Part shown: one piece after another, positions 50,584 to 63,759 of the stretch
Numbering within the stretch: the first letter of the stretch is position 1
How the letters are laid out: every line of letters begins with the position of its first letter
Assembly: GCF_001194135.2 (NCBI RefSeq)
Contig: NC_068982.1
Span: 139,017,853 to 139,081,852, forward strand
DNA length: 64,000 bases
Origin: Octopus bimaculoides
Taxonomy: Eukaryota
Reading direction: 5' to 3'
Translations under genes and position numbers: made by a program
The notes under the pieces: generated by a model
What the model saw: only the letters and a program-made list of their open reading frames with translations
Told to the model about the DNA's origin: nothing
The model's database searches: none

Positions 50584-51146
50584 CGCGACGNNNNNNNNNN
50601 NNNNNNNNNNNNNNNNNNNNNNNNNNNNNNNNNNNNNNNNNNNNNNNNNNNNNNNNNNNNNNNNNNNNNNNNNNNNNNNNNNNNNNNNNNNNNNNNNNNN
50701 NNNNNNNNNNNNNNNNNNNNNNNNNNNNNNNNNNNNNNNNNNNNNNNNNNNNNNNNNNNNNNNNNNNNNNNNNNNNNNNNNNNNNNNNNNNNNNNNNNNN
50801 NNNNNNNNNNNNNNNNNNNNNNNNNNNNNNNNNNNNNNNNNNTATATATATATATATATATATATATATGATTTGTCCGGCGTGATAACGGTTCTGCCAG
50901 CTTGCCGGATGCAAAATAAGATAATGGACTACAACAATATGGAAGTGAATCGCTCCAGACGGGAATAAAATTCTAATGGGGAGTGAGAGAGAGAGAGAGA
51001 CAGACAGACAGAGAAAGTGAGAAAGAGAGTAAGTAGATAATTATTTCTTAATTAAGAAGAAAACTAGCAAATATAGGGATAAGGGATTAAAAGCGATTGA
51101 CCTCACTACTTAGCGAAAATTTTATGTTTTCGACCACAAATATATA

Positions 51147-51326
51147 CAGTAATCCCTCGACTATCATGTGTGAAAATCCGCGACGTAGAAACAGTACTGT
51201 ACTGTATATTGTTTTATTATTTTTATAATTTATATATATTTATTTTATAATAAATGCAAAACAACACCACAGAGGAATCGACATAAGCTTAAATAATAAA
51301 CCGTGATAGGTGAACCGAAATATGGC
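51147..51326. mobile_element. pogo/Tigger-like MITE, right end truncated
   Basis: TA-CAGTAATCCCTCGACTATC; the internal CATAAGCTTAAATAATAAAC..GATAGGTGAACC is shared with 12220-12454. Confidence 0.8.
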
Positions 51327-53936
51327 TGAAGCAAGTAAAAGAGTAAAAGAAAGTTCTGCATTTTTCCATTCTATTTATCGACCATTGTGTACTCTTGCAG
51401 GGCTGTATTTCCAAAAACTGCATTTCGCGGAACAGATAACATTTGCTTTGTGATATCATGCATTGACCGAAGGCCACCTATTTCGATGAAGGGTAAAATC
51501 AATTACACCCATAACAGTAATTAACACGTATTTTATTTCATGGAATCCAGAATGATAAACGGCAAATTTGACTCCGGCGGGATTTGAACTCAGAACACCA
51601 AGATACGTAACAGAATATAAATATTTAACGATATAAAAACATTGCTTTTCTTAATCGCTGTATTCAGCACTGCTGATGCCACTTATTTCCATTTTCACAA
51701 ATTGGAGTTTAGTTGCATACAAAATTAAAAAAAAAAGTGCGTTTGAAAATATTCATCCTCAAAAAATATTGTGATATTAGTGGCTCATCACTTCAAACTG
51801 ATATGAAAATAAATTATGTTTTCATACATAGTTGACATCTAAAATGCATAATGGCGTTATACAATATGTAGATTAACACTAGCTAATGTATACACTGTCA
51901 ATTTCGAACGCAGCCTTGAATATATTTATCAGCAATGGCTAAGATATTTTAAATAAACGACTAATATTCATGGAATGTTGCTTAAATAATCTGCAATAAA
52001 TAGATTTCTTGTATGAAAGAACGTTTGCTTTAAACTTCATACTATGATGGAAACAGTAATTTATACATGTATAGTACATAGAAATGTATACATATATGTG
52101 CAGTATAGCATACACGAACACACACATACACACACACGCACACACATATATACATGCGTATACATAGATACATATATGTATGTTTATATATATGTGTGTG
52201 TGTGCGTGGGTGTGTGTGTGTATGTGTGTGTGTGTGTGTATANNNNNNNNNNNNNNNNNNNNNNNNNNNNNNNNNNNNNNNNNNNNNNNNNNNNNNNNNN
52301 NNNNNNNNNNNNNNNNNNNNNNNNNNNNNNNNNNNNNNNNNNNNNNNNNNNNNNNNNNNNNNNNNNNNNNNNNNNNNNNNNNNNNNNNNNNNNNNNNNNN
52401 NNNNNNNNNNNNNNNNNNNNNNNNNNNNNNNNNNNNNNNNNNNNNNNNNNNNNNNNNNNNNNNNNNNNNNNNNNNNNNNNNNNNNNNNNNNNNNNNNNNN
52501 NNNNNNNNNNNNNNNNNNNNNNNNNNNNNNNNNNNNNNNNNNNNNNNNNNNNNNNNNNNNNNNNNNNNNNNNNNNNNNNNNNNNNNNNNNNNNNNNNNNN
52601 NNNNNCACATACACACACACGCACACACATATATACATGCGTATACATAGATACATATATGTATGTTTATATAGATGTGTGTGTGTGCGTGGGTGTGTGT
52701 GTGTATGTGTGTGTGTGCGTGGGTGTGTGTGTGTATGTGTGTGTGTGTGTGTATACGCACACACACATACACACAAACGCATGCGCTCGTGCTCATACAC
52801 ACGTAGATGCATGTATATGCTTGTTTCGAAATGACGTCATCGTTTCTCAACATATTTTTCTCTAAATTTGCACACAAACTGAAAATCATCTTAGAAGAAT
52901 GTATGACATTAAACAGCACAGATCGAAGGTCCTCCACCGTTAAGCAGGGATGGGTCGAGAATAGCAGTGACAATCGCCATGATGGTGAAAGACTAATAAC
53001 TATAATGCTGATATAAGTTCTTAAATTTTCTCTCTCACGCTGTATCTCTCCCTCACGCTCTCACACCTTCACATCAATCTATCTTGGCTTGACAAAATAT
53101 AGTGGAACACTGATGCTCTTACAATTCTTCATAGGTTTCTACATTGTAAAGCCAATATATATGAAGTAGTGTATATATTCATGGGTGTATATTCATGACA
53201 CGTATTTATTTGTATATGAGGAACAGTTGCCAGCAGTGTTCGAAGACGGCAAGCTGACGGAATTAACAGTGTATCAGAAAAAGTAGAATGTTTTTAATAT
53301 AAGGAAAAGCAGAACTTAATCACTTCAGTTTCACAGCCGAAGCCAGATATGTGCAGAATACTCGGGGTGCATAATATGGCCATTTGATATACGTTTGTTT
53401 TCTGTAGTTGAAGTTATGTTAATTTTAACAAACTATTATTTAGTTCCAGATAAACCACGATTTAGCACATCAGGTGTCAGGCGCATTTCAATTGTATCCA
53501 TCATATCTCTTTAACTTTAATAAGGAGTACATTACCATAGTATATGACGGAGATGCTGCTGCTATTTCTACCATATCAGTTGGACGTGAATGCTTTCTTA
53601 ACGGGCTTGATATTTAGCTAAGGCACTAACTTACTTGTGATGACGTTTATACGAAAGATATTTCAACGACATCCTTCTATTCAAAGGGTAACCACCATAT
53701 GTTATTTGAGTGTCCTTCAAGTATTTCAGTAACAAGGTTTTATTTCAGACAATATTGGCTGCCATTTCTAAAATATTGAGTGATTTTTATTGGCACTCGG
53801 ATTAAACCTATTGGAATCCTGGAAGCATTCGCAGCAGGTTTCCGTTCCATCACAGGATATCTTCCTCCCTTGCATGCACATGTCTCGCAAATATGAAAAC
53901 ATCAGTGGGCGTGGTTCCTTTTCATTTGTCTAAATA

Positions 53937-54187
53937 TTGGGTTGGTGCATAATTATTGCAGCTTTTGTTTTTAAACAAATTTTATTCAACAAAAACTATA
54001 ACAATATTTGACAAAAACATTTTTAAATGGCGGTCTGACCGTCTACCAAGCAAATGGGAAGCAGTAATTGAAGTAGATGGTGAATATGCTCCGGAATAAT
54101 CATTTAAAGATGTTTTTGTTACAAGTTATTGTTTTTGTTGAATAGAATTTGTTGAAAAAAAGCCATAATAATTATGCACCGACCCAA
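53937..54187 (+). mobile_element. mariner-derived MITE with about 90-bp TIRs
   Basis: TA-TTGGGTTGGTGCATAATTATT / TAATTATGCACCGACCCAA; arms 53937-54029 and 54101-54187. The core encodes DRLPSKWEAVIEVDGEYAPE* (54037-54099), a mariner C-terminus. Confidence 0.88.
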
Positions 54188-55236
54188 CATTAACCAGTAA
54201 GTGTAATACGATGATCAAGTTGGATTGCTCTTAGATTGGTAACTTTATCCAGTATACCATCACCACTTCCAGTCAGTGTCACAATTCTAAGGAGCTCCAT
54301 AAGTGCGGCCCTTATCATTTTGGCTAAGTGCTAAAGGGTAGGTGGTGTCTGATGATTGAGTTGGATTTCCTCTAGCCTGGAGAATATAGTGGGATATCTT
54401 TATGACTGCTGGAACTGCTTCAGTTTCTGAAGGTTTACGATAAAGGTTCCTTGAAAGATAGGATATAAAACAACACTCGTTAGTTGCGTTGCTTTACGAT
54501 GGTTTCAAGAAACACAAATTATCATTTGAGAAGAAAACTGATAAATTCTCATTAGAAATTATTAACATAATCAGTGCCATTGATTAATTTGGTAGAATAA
54601 TAGGAAGGAGAACGTATTTGGTATTAGTCGTTGTTTTGTTTTGCATAAGAAATAAAAATGATGAGAAATATATAAGACAAACATTTCAACTGTCTTGCTT
54701 TAGTGATTTGATGTTCAGTACATAATTATGAGTTATGTGTTGCACACCAAATCACCAAGTAGAAATAAATATAGAATAAGCAGAAGACAAACTTAGCTCA
54801 ATGTTTAACATTTCATTTACTTTGGGAAGTGAAATATTTGTTGGCTTGTTTCAATCTTATTGTGTCTCATCAGCAAAGCCTATACAATACATGAATTGCT
54901 TAAGAACTAATGGGAGGTGGGTGGTTCGTAAGAGTATATTCAAGATTGTTCAAATCTAGCTAATCTACTAAACTTTAAAATTAACCATAATTATGTGGAA
55001 ACGAAATAAGTAACATTAAAGTAATAATTTTCTTACTTTTCTTTTTTTTTTTTTTAGTTATTAGCCGATCATCTGCGTTTTCTCTTATACTTCAATAACT
55101 GTTCGTGGCTACTTCAAAATGTAACTTATCTGGCAATCATCATAGTCAAAACAGTTTGCTTTTTACTTTTCCACGAAATCAGTGTCTTTCTTTTCAATAT
55201 ATCACACACTCGCACACACACACATCTATATCTATG

Positions 55237-55267
<31 letters not shown>

Positions 55268-55302
55268 GTATGTATGAATGTATACATATATACGTACATA
55301 CA

Positions 55303-55352
<50 letters not shown>

Positions 55353-56309
55353 CTTCTGTTTTTGTGTAATTGACCAGAATTATAAATATGTTTTTATATC
55401 GCCTTAGAATTTAATAACAATTAGTGTACATTAAAGCTACCGTTATTCAGCTTAATGTTTTTTGAAGCAGAATAGTCGTAGGGTTTACTCAGTCGTTTTC
55501 CGTCCTTCTTCAAAACCTTATCACAGACGACAACGACGTCGTTAACGTTACCTCCCATTAACCTCCATACAAGCGTCTTTTCTATAGCGCTCTATTGTTC
55601 GGCTTGTTATGAAACAACTCGTAATATATTACAATGATCACGAGTCAAACGTTTTAATTCTGTGATGCGACATAACGATTGAATTAAAATTTCATGATAA
55701 CCCAAACTGGTTTTCATTCCCCTTGTTTTTATATGAATAACCAACAGAGTAATGTAATGGAAATGGAATTTTTTTTAGATGATAACTGCGAAGATTGGAA
55801 AGATTAAACATCAAATTTATACATTTTCTTAATATTCGCTATTTCTATTTGTACACTATCATTTTGTTGGAAATCACATAATTAATTATTTTATTTAAAA
55901 TTTATGTAATTCGTAATCTCCTGTGACCTCTGCTTCCATTCATTAAACGAAAACATAGTAGTTCAGACTGCCGAATAGAAATATCTGCAATGGTTAATAT
56001 GTGATATGAATGATGTAAATAAAATTGCAACGTGCTATGAATTCAATCAAAACATCACGCCATGATGAGGATCTCATTTCTGAACTAAATACAAACTAAT
56101 CGCTGACCAATATTTTGAGACTACCATCCACTAACAAGCGAGCGTACACACATACGCACGCACGCCACACACACACACACATGTGTATATACATCAGTTT
56201 ATTATATGTGTGTGTGCGTATGCTTGTATACATATATAAATATGTGTACGTGTCTGAAATATGTGTGTGTATATATACACACACATATTTGTATGCGTGT
56301 GTATATATA

Positions 56310-57065
56310 CAGGGTAGGTGAAAAGTAACTAGGCATTAGAAATTGCTTATCGAATTTTTAGTATCGCTGAAGTTGTGACGAAAGTTATGACGAAAGTTAT
56401 GATTGAAGTTATGACGAAAACATTTTTTAAACAGACAACATTAATTAGGGTTTCTTATTTTCTTATTGTCTTATTTCTTATTTCCTATTTTCCAGATGGT
56501 CGCTCGCTTGACTGTCCAGGAGCGAGCTAAGATAGCAGCACTCTATGAAGCGTAGGATTCCAAAGTTTTGGTTCAGAGATAGTGGCGTGCATGAAAAGGT
56601 AATCATGCAACACTACGTCCGGAGGCAATGAAATGTTGTTATGTAAAGCTGATGACTACGGGCCTTGTGGACGATGCAAGAAGAAATGGACGTCCAACCA
56701 CGTCCCACTCAGCGGAGAACTTGGCAACAGTGCAGGAAATGTTTAATAGGAGCTTGCAAAAATCAACACGTCAAGTAGCTCGTGAAAGTGGACTAACAAG
56801 ACACAACATGTACGGTGTTGCGTAAAGAATTGAATTTTCGCACGTGGAAACTCCATTACTTGCAGGAGCTAAGACTGAAGACCATAACCGTAGAATTCCA
56901 GAAGTCCAGAACTCTAAGAAGTCCAAATCTCACTCCATGTGATTTTTACCTGTGGGATTACACAAAATAGGTGGGATTACACAAAAGTCACAACTTCGTA
57001 CCCTAGAGGCCTTGGAGGCACGGATCCAGGAGGTTCTCAATGATATCCTAGACGATGTCTTTCAT
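56310..57065 (+). mobile_element. mariner-like (rosa/VS-like) transposon, internally deleted pseudogene
   Basis: TA-CAGGGTAGGTGAAAAGT terminus; ATG at 56496 gives MVARLTVQERAKIAALYEA*...KLMTTGLVDDARRNGRP...QKSTRQVARESG, then RSPNLTPCDFYLWDYTK...LEALEARIQEVL. Confidence 0.88.
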
Positions 57066-57629
57066 CATTTTTACATGTTGCCGTTGTGTTCGTTGTCGTT
57101 GTTAGTCGCGTTGTGACACATCACTTTGACAGATCACAGAGACCACACACGTAGAAACAGACAAACCGAACCTGAACAGAAAACACAAACAGAACAATAA
57201 TACCCACTGCTACACTACATAACATGACGATTAAAAACAGAAAGGAGAAAAAAAACAAAAAAACACATACTACAAACATTATAATACACATACAATAGAC
57301 ACATATGCACATAGCTATGTTGAATATAAGAAATAGAGATAAGAATAAAACCCTGTTTAAAGGGCACAGATATAAACAACATAGGAAGCGAACCCTTATC
57401 CACACACACAAACACACATACAGTAACTTAACAAACGGCCACAGCAACTTCAACGCGACCAACAACGACATCAGCAATAACAAGAACAACAACAATAACT
57501 ACCACGAGGGCAGCAGCGTGGTCGAACACTCAAACATAGAGAGGTACAAGATTGGCACCAAATGTCGGGGTCAAGGGCAGCAGCAGCGGCAACGAAGGAG
57601 GGGAAAGGCCATAGTGCTGCTAAGAACGA

Positions 57630-57650
57630 CGACGCACACACACACACACA

Positions 57651-57708
<58 letters not shown>

Positions 57709-57755
57709 CACACACATATATGTGTACACATACACACATATATGTACACATACAC
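57630..57755. repeat. (CA)n microsatellite
   Basis: Seen directly. Confidence 0.95.
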
Positions 57756-57879
57756 ACATTAGCATTAATAGCTATGTGTTTCAAATAAGAATTACTGTAG
57801 TTGTCTAAACGATGCATTAGCAATAGGAAAATTTGACTCATCAACAGTTGAATTGTTGCTACAATATTTTACATCGTGT

Positions 57880-59430
57880 AAGACGGCGAGCTACCAGAAT
57901 CATTAGTACACCGAGAGAAATATGTAGGGTTATTTCGTCTGCCGCTACGTTCTGAGTTCAAATTCTGCTGAGGTCGACTTTGCCTTTTATCCTTTCGGGG
58001 TCGATAAATTAAGTACCAGTTACGCACTGGGGTCGATATAATCGACTTAATCCGTTTGTCTGTCCTTCTTTGTCCCCTCTGTGTGAAGCCCCTTGTGGGC
58101 AATAAAGAAATAAGAAACGTTAGCACGCCGGTTGAAATGCTTAGCGGTATTTCGTCTGCCGTTAAATTCTGAGTTCAAATTCTGCCGAGGTCGACTTTGT
58201 CTTTCATTCTTTCAGGGTCGATAAATTAAGTATCAGTTGCATAGTAGTGTCAATCTAATCCACTGGATCCTCCCCCAAAATTTCAGGGTTTGTGCTCAGA
58301 GTAGAAAAGAATCATTAGCGCGCCGGACTTTGTATGTAAAGGCGGACGAAATATCGCTAAGCATTTTGTCCGTCTTTACATATGAAGTTCAAATTCCACC
58401 GAGGTCGACTTTGTCTTTTATCCTTTCGAGGTCAATAAAATAAGTGCCAGTCGAGCACTGGGTTGGATTCAAGAATATTCAAGCCAGTTACTTAATAGTG
58501 ACAGAGCGTGGATTTAACAGAGTTATTCGAATTCTGTTCATCATTTCGTGGTCGATAAAATTAGTACCAGTGAATATCGGGGTCGATGTAATCGACTTAC
58601 ACCCTCCCCTAGAATTGCTGGCTTTGTGTAAAAATTTGAAACCAATATTAAATGTCTGCAAGGCGGTGAGGCGGCAGAATCGTTTGTACGCCGGGGAAAA
58701 TGCTTAGAGATATTGTTCCGTCTTCACGTTCTGAGTTCAAATTCGACCGAGGTCGACTTTGTCTTTTATCCTTTCGAGATCGATAAAATAAGTACCAGTT
58801 GAGCACCGAGGTTGATGTAATCGACTTAATTCCTCCCCCAAATTGCAGGCCTTATGCCAAAAGTTGAAACCGATATTAAATAATTGCTTGGGAGAAAACA
58901 TGGTAGCCTCGTGAGTGATAATGTATGCAGATGAGATCCTTATCATCTTAGCCAGGGTTGCATACTGTCCAGAGCATTACAAAGATTTTTCAAAGGAGAG
59001 CAAAATGGCAGAAACGTTTGCACACCGGACACAAAAGATAGCGGCATTTTGTCCGCCTTCATCTTCGGAGTTCACATTCTGCCGAGGTAAGATTTGCCTT
59101 ACATTCTCTCGGAGGCAATAACATAACTACCGGTTAAATACTGTGGTTGATGTTATTGACTTACTCCGACACTAAAATTGCTGTAATTGTGCCAAAATCT
59201 CACAGAAAAAAAAAACAATATAAATAAATACTGAAGGCGTGGCTGAATTGTTAGCACGGCAGACAAAAATGCTCACTGGAATTTTGTCGTTCTGTGTTCG
59301 AATGCTGCCGAGGTTTCACTTTTCCCTTGGTCCTTGCGGGGTCGGTGAAATAAATACGAATTGAGCACTAAAGTCGATGTAATCGACTTCCCCAGCCCTC
59401 AAAATTTGCTGGGCTGCGTCAAAATAAGAA
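57880..59430 (+). mobile_element. Same-strand array of about seven SINE A copies of different ages
   Basis: Cores at about 57970, 58185, 58400, 58545, 58745, 59080 and 59310. The first three are fused head-to-tail. Confidence 0.88.
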
Positions 59431-59679
59431 GGAACAGTTAAATAACTGCTCCAACGACAGCGGTTTCGAGGGCGAGGTTATATTTCATGGCTCCGAATCT
59501 AGTATTTGATTGATATATTTGTGGGTGATGGAGAGAAGGAAAACTCAAGGTGAGAGCTAAGCTGGAAAGTGTGAAACCGTTGCAATTTGAACTGTGAATG
59601 TAAATAGTTGAAATAGATACCGCAATGCATTTTTCCTTGACTCTCTTGAGATCCTGCCATCGACTACCTTCTCAGTATG

Positions 59680-59860
59680 AAATTACGTTTTCGAATTCTG
59701 CTGGAAGGCCAACCGTGTTCGAGGGAAAGAGCTTAATCGTTATCATAGACGCCTTGATTTCAATCGTACTTTATTTTAACGATACCAAAATAATGGAAGT
59801 CAAAGTTAAACTCGGCACTATTTGAACTAAGAACGTAACGACTGGGAGTCATTTTTTTAT
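59680..59860 (-). mobile_element. Old SINE A copy
   Basis: AAACTCGGCACTATTTGAACTAAGAACGTAA. Confidence 0.55.
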
Positions 59861-60404
59861 GCATTTCTTCCGATGCTCTAACCATTCCCCCATCCAAAAT
59901 CTTGACGATGTGAATTAATGAAAACAAATTTCCGTCGATTTCGTTACTTCAAATTCTGAAAGCAATTTCCACAGAGGAAAATATTAAATAAAGGCAAAAA
60001 ATACTAACCAAAAAATACTAATCCAGCAAGCCACCAAATCCATCAAGGTAGAATTTCTTTTGTAGATTACCATACAAAAATCAGAAAACTGCAGATTAGA
60101 AATGAAACCGCAGAGACGAAAGAAAAACTAATGTGTTTGATGTTAAGAATAGTTCAAGTTAATATGAAGAAAATCGCAATATTATTTGCAGAGAAGAGAA
60201 AAGGGTAAAAAAGTACAATAATAATTTTCTTCTGCCTTAAGAACACTATGTCACTGACTTGTATGTTATTAAAAGCAATATTTGTTTTAGAAGTAACTAA
60301 ATTCGCTTGAAGGAGGGAAAAAAAAATCTAGATTTATATCTAGATTTTCAAATATATTGTAGAATATCTCTCCAACTCCCAACGCAAAAAAAAAAAAATT
60401 CTGC

Positions 60405-60465
<61 letters not shown>

Positions 60466-60675
60466 AAATATATGTGCAACACACACACACATACATACAA
60501 ATATACGTGTGTGTTTCTGTGTAAAGATAGTATAATGAAATAATAAGAAATCCAGACGATTTATATTGATATAGTTTGTAATACAAGGCTATAAACGCGT
60601 ATAAATGTATCGGATATTGTGAGTACACGCGTACATAAAATACCAACACCTATCAATATAACACCCACTCCCACC

Positions 60676-60712
<37 letters not shown>

Positions 60713-60797
60713 ATCTATGTATCTACGATTTGGACATTTTTAGTGATGTGGGGCTCAGACTTCCTCTAATTAAATATTTTCAACTCTAGCTAAATAT

Positions 60798-61026
60798 ACA
60801 TTATTTACGTTGTTTGCATTTGACGGGATATTTGTCCTCATCTTGTTTGTTGTTAACACAACTTTTCGGCTGATATACCTTCCTGCCTTCATCAGGTGTC
60901 TTGTGGAAATTTCGTACCTGGGTTGTCATTGCTAAACGTTGTGTTGACAACAAACAAGGTGAGGACAAATATCCGTCAAATGTAAATAATGTACCAAATT
61001 CCTCATCTCTTAAATATAGAACTGTA
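60798..61026. mobile_element. Inverted pair of the hammerhead module (minus copy 60798-60933, plus partial copy 60934-61026) inside a 13-bp TSD
   Basis: TCTAGCTAAATAT at 60785-60797 and 61027-61039. The minus-strand hammerhead at 60855-60900 reads GACAC CTGATGA AGGCAGG..TCAGCC GAAAAGTT GTGTT. Confidence 0.88.
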
Positions 61027-63349
61027 TCTAGCTAAATATGTTGGCTGTCATTTGCATTCGTTTCTTTTGTCACTCGTAAATACACACACACACACACCCA
61101 TACATATATATATGAAATAGAGTAGGCAGATATACGCAATATAAAACCAGAAAAGAAAATTTCAGTCGTCATTAATTTTGACTGAGGATGCTGTGTAGCC
61201 CATATATTGTTAGAAATAAATGTCAAACCCTTAGAACTGCAAGGAAGCACATTTTCATACACTGACATGGGAGATAAGTGCCCGATAAGCGACAGTAGAT
61301 TCACCGGACAAGAATATTTTCGTCCGTAAAATTGCAGTCCCGTCAGCAGTGACTTCTCCATCGTCGAATGGCTTAGCTAAACCCGGACTGTCAATATATC
61401 TATTTACCACATGAATTTATGGTTGTTAGAGAAATGCCAATGTGAAATCACAAAATAACGTAGGCAAATATAGGCACTATAAAACCCAAACCAGAAAAAT
61501 TCAATATTGTGAGGTTAGAGTTGTCAACCACCTTGGCTAACGGGATGTACAACTCTTAGTTGCAATGTTCGGGTTCCATAGTTTCATTAGACAAAATGGA
61601 ATAAAATATAGTATTTAAACGCAGCCTGGTTATGACAGCTACATTCAGTAATGATTCTGAGAAATTGCTTTCATGTTTTAATATTTTGCTGAAGTTATGT
61701 TCAATATTTCTAGTTGTTTTTCTTTGCTGGATTTAAAAAAAAAACTTTTCTCTTGTAGCCTCTTCATATTCTGGCAGAAATGAAATTAACTTTTAGATTT
61801 GAAGCGTTAACTGTAGTTAAGGGAATGCTAGCAGGGGAGTATAACAGGTGCTACTGGCAGGAATGCGCACAAGCTAATCCAGAGACTAAGTGCTCAGGAA
61901 TAAAACCCTGTTCATGATAATGATGCGTTCAATTTTTGAAGGGACAACTTGTCATAAGCATAAGAGTTTTACGTTAGCGATAATGAGAGAAAAATTACTT
62001 AAGCTTTCCAAAGATGGGGGAATAAACCATGAAAGGAATGAAATAAAAAAGGAAGCGGGCATTGCTAGAAGGTGAAATTGTATTTGTAATAATGACCTAA
62101 TTACTGTGCGGGGGGTAAAAGAGAAATAGAGGAATTAAAACTGTGAAACTATCGGAGATACTGAGTAAATGTATGTAGTTTTATTCACAATTGCCACCAA
62201 GGCTATTTCCCAGTATTTTAGTCATTTCAAATAGTTAAATGCAAACCTATAGACATATGTAAAATCACACAGACATACAGACTCATACATGAAACACATA
62301 TAAGTGGTTTAATGAAAAGAAGAATAACAAAAAGAAAAAAGAGGAGCGGAACAGAACTCGAAACATGAATTTCTCTATATTTAAGGACGAAAAATCAATC
62401 GGCAGCAGTTAAAGTGCTCTTCAAAGGTCAATTGCAACGTACGAAACTCTCAGCCCTTGAGTCCCTGCACTTCGGCAGCTCAAAAATAAAAAAAAATAAA
62501 AACAAAAATAACGAAGGTAAAACCCCAAATCACGATATATAAGTACATATATTCATACTTACACACTCACATACACAAACGCATATACATATACATATCT
62601 ATATGTATATATACTGAGAGGGACAGAGAGAGATTGAGAGAGAGAGGGAGATTGAGAAAGAGAGAGAGAGATGAAGACAGACGGGCAGGTGTTTGAATAA
62701 CAGAGAGTGGGAAAAGAGGTATTATATGGCTAGAGAGAGAGAGAAAGAAAAGAAGAAAAAACGAAAATTTAGTTAAAATTAGCTGTTTGCCAAAGTACAA
62801 GAAATAAACTTAAAGAAATAAGAGAATCGATGAACAAGAAGAAGAGAGACTATGTAAAGAGTGAGAAAAAGTCGAAGTTATATGAAATGCATTGAGATCT
62901 ATAATTTGTGATATTTATAGAAGAACGATAACAAGTGTAAGAATCCCAGAAGGATAGAGAATGGTAAAGAAGAGGAACACGGAATAGAGACCGGGAAAGA
63001 CGAACTATGAAAAGAAAATAAATTGAAAGGAAAGAAGCATAATAATTAAATGCAAAATTAAGAAAGAGAATGGAGCAATAAATATAAATTGTTGTTGAGA
63101 AGATTCAAAACTTCTATGCTTTGGGGAAATGAAATAACCTGCATAGAATGAAACCCAGGGGACAAAATAAAGTTTGAGATGTTTAGTTCGTGTTGTTGGT
63201 CAGCTCTTTCTCAGCTGTAATCAAGTAGATTTATGATCAAAGTAGTTTCAAATGTGATAATCTTGTGTTATTCTGTGGTCTGCAAGGACTTTCAAGACCG
63301 CGTAAACAGCCATTCTCTCCAATGCATTATATTAAAAATAAAACTAGCA

Positions 63350-63600
63350 GGCATAGTTGTAGGAGCAGGCTTGGCTATGAACGGAAACGTGGGTTCAGTT
63401 CCACTACGCGCCGCTTTGGACAAGTGTCTTCTTCTATAGCAACGGAACATCTAATGCCTCGTGAGTTATTCTGGTAAACGAAAGTCCGTCATGTGTGTGT
63501 GTGTGATTGTGTGTGTGTGCGTGTGTGTATGTGCGTGTGCATGTGAGTTTGTTGGTGCTTGTCTTTCGACCACATTTCATCTCGCCCGACAACATTTTTT
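63350..63600 (+). mobile_element. SINE B, degenerate
   Basis: GGGTTCAGTTCCACTACGCGCCGCTTTGGACAAGTGTCTTCTTCTATAGC with internal (TG)n. Confidence 0.7.
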
Positions 63601-63759
63601 AGTTTGTTTCTTCGTAAATTCGAGTCGGCAAAATCGCACGGGATGGCAAACGTATGGTAAAAGGTGTTTGCATATACGTGTGCACATGAATAAATTAAGA
63701 CAAATAACAACAGAAGTGCATTTCTTATGGCCCGATATTGTATAAGCTTACTCGTCACT

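Noticed and set aside
52098-52760. Duplicated (CA)..(TG) block on both sides of the 52243-52606 gap
   Set aside because: Near-identical sequence flanking a gap most likely reflects an unresolved assembly overlap; the foldback can be explained by complementary dinucleotide repeats.
57305-57808. 167-aa ORF
   Set aside because: It is a low-complexity translation of A/C-rich and (CA)n sequence.
61032-61361. 109-aa ORF containing an SVYENV ITIM-like motif
   Set aside because: It is partly microsatellite-derived, and a six-residue motif alone is not evidence.
191-63758. Long ORFs in the supplied track (poly-[21 protein letters not shown], etc.)
   Set aside because: They are open only because they cross N-gaps or stop-free microsatellites. 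GTG/TTG starts are also not meaningful for this eukaryotic DNA.
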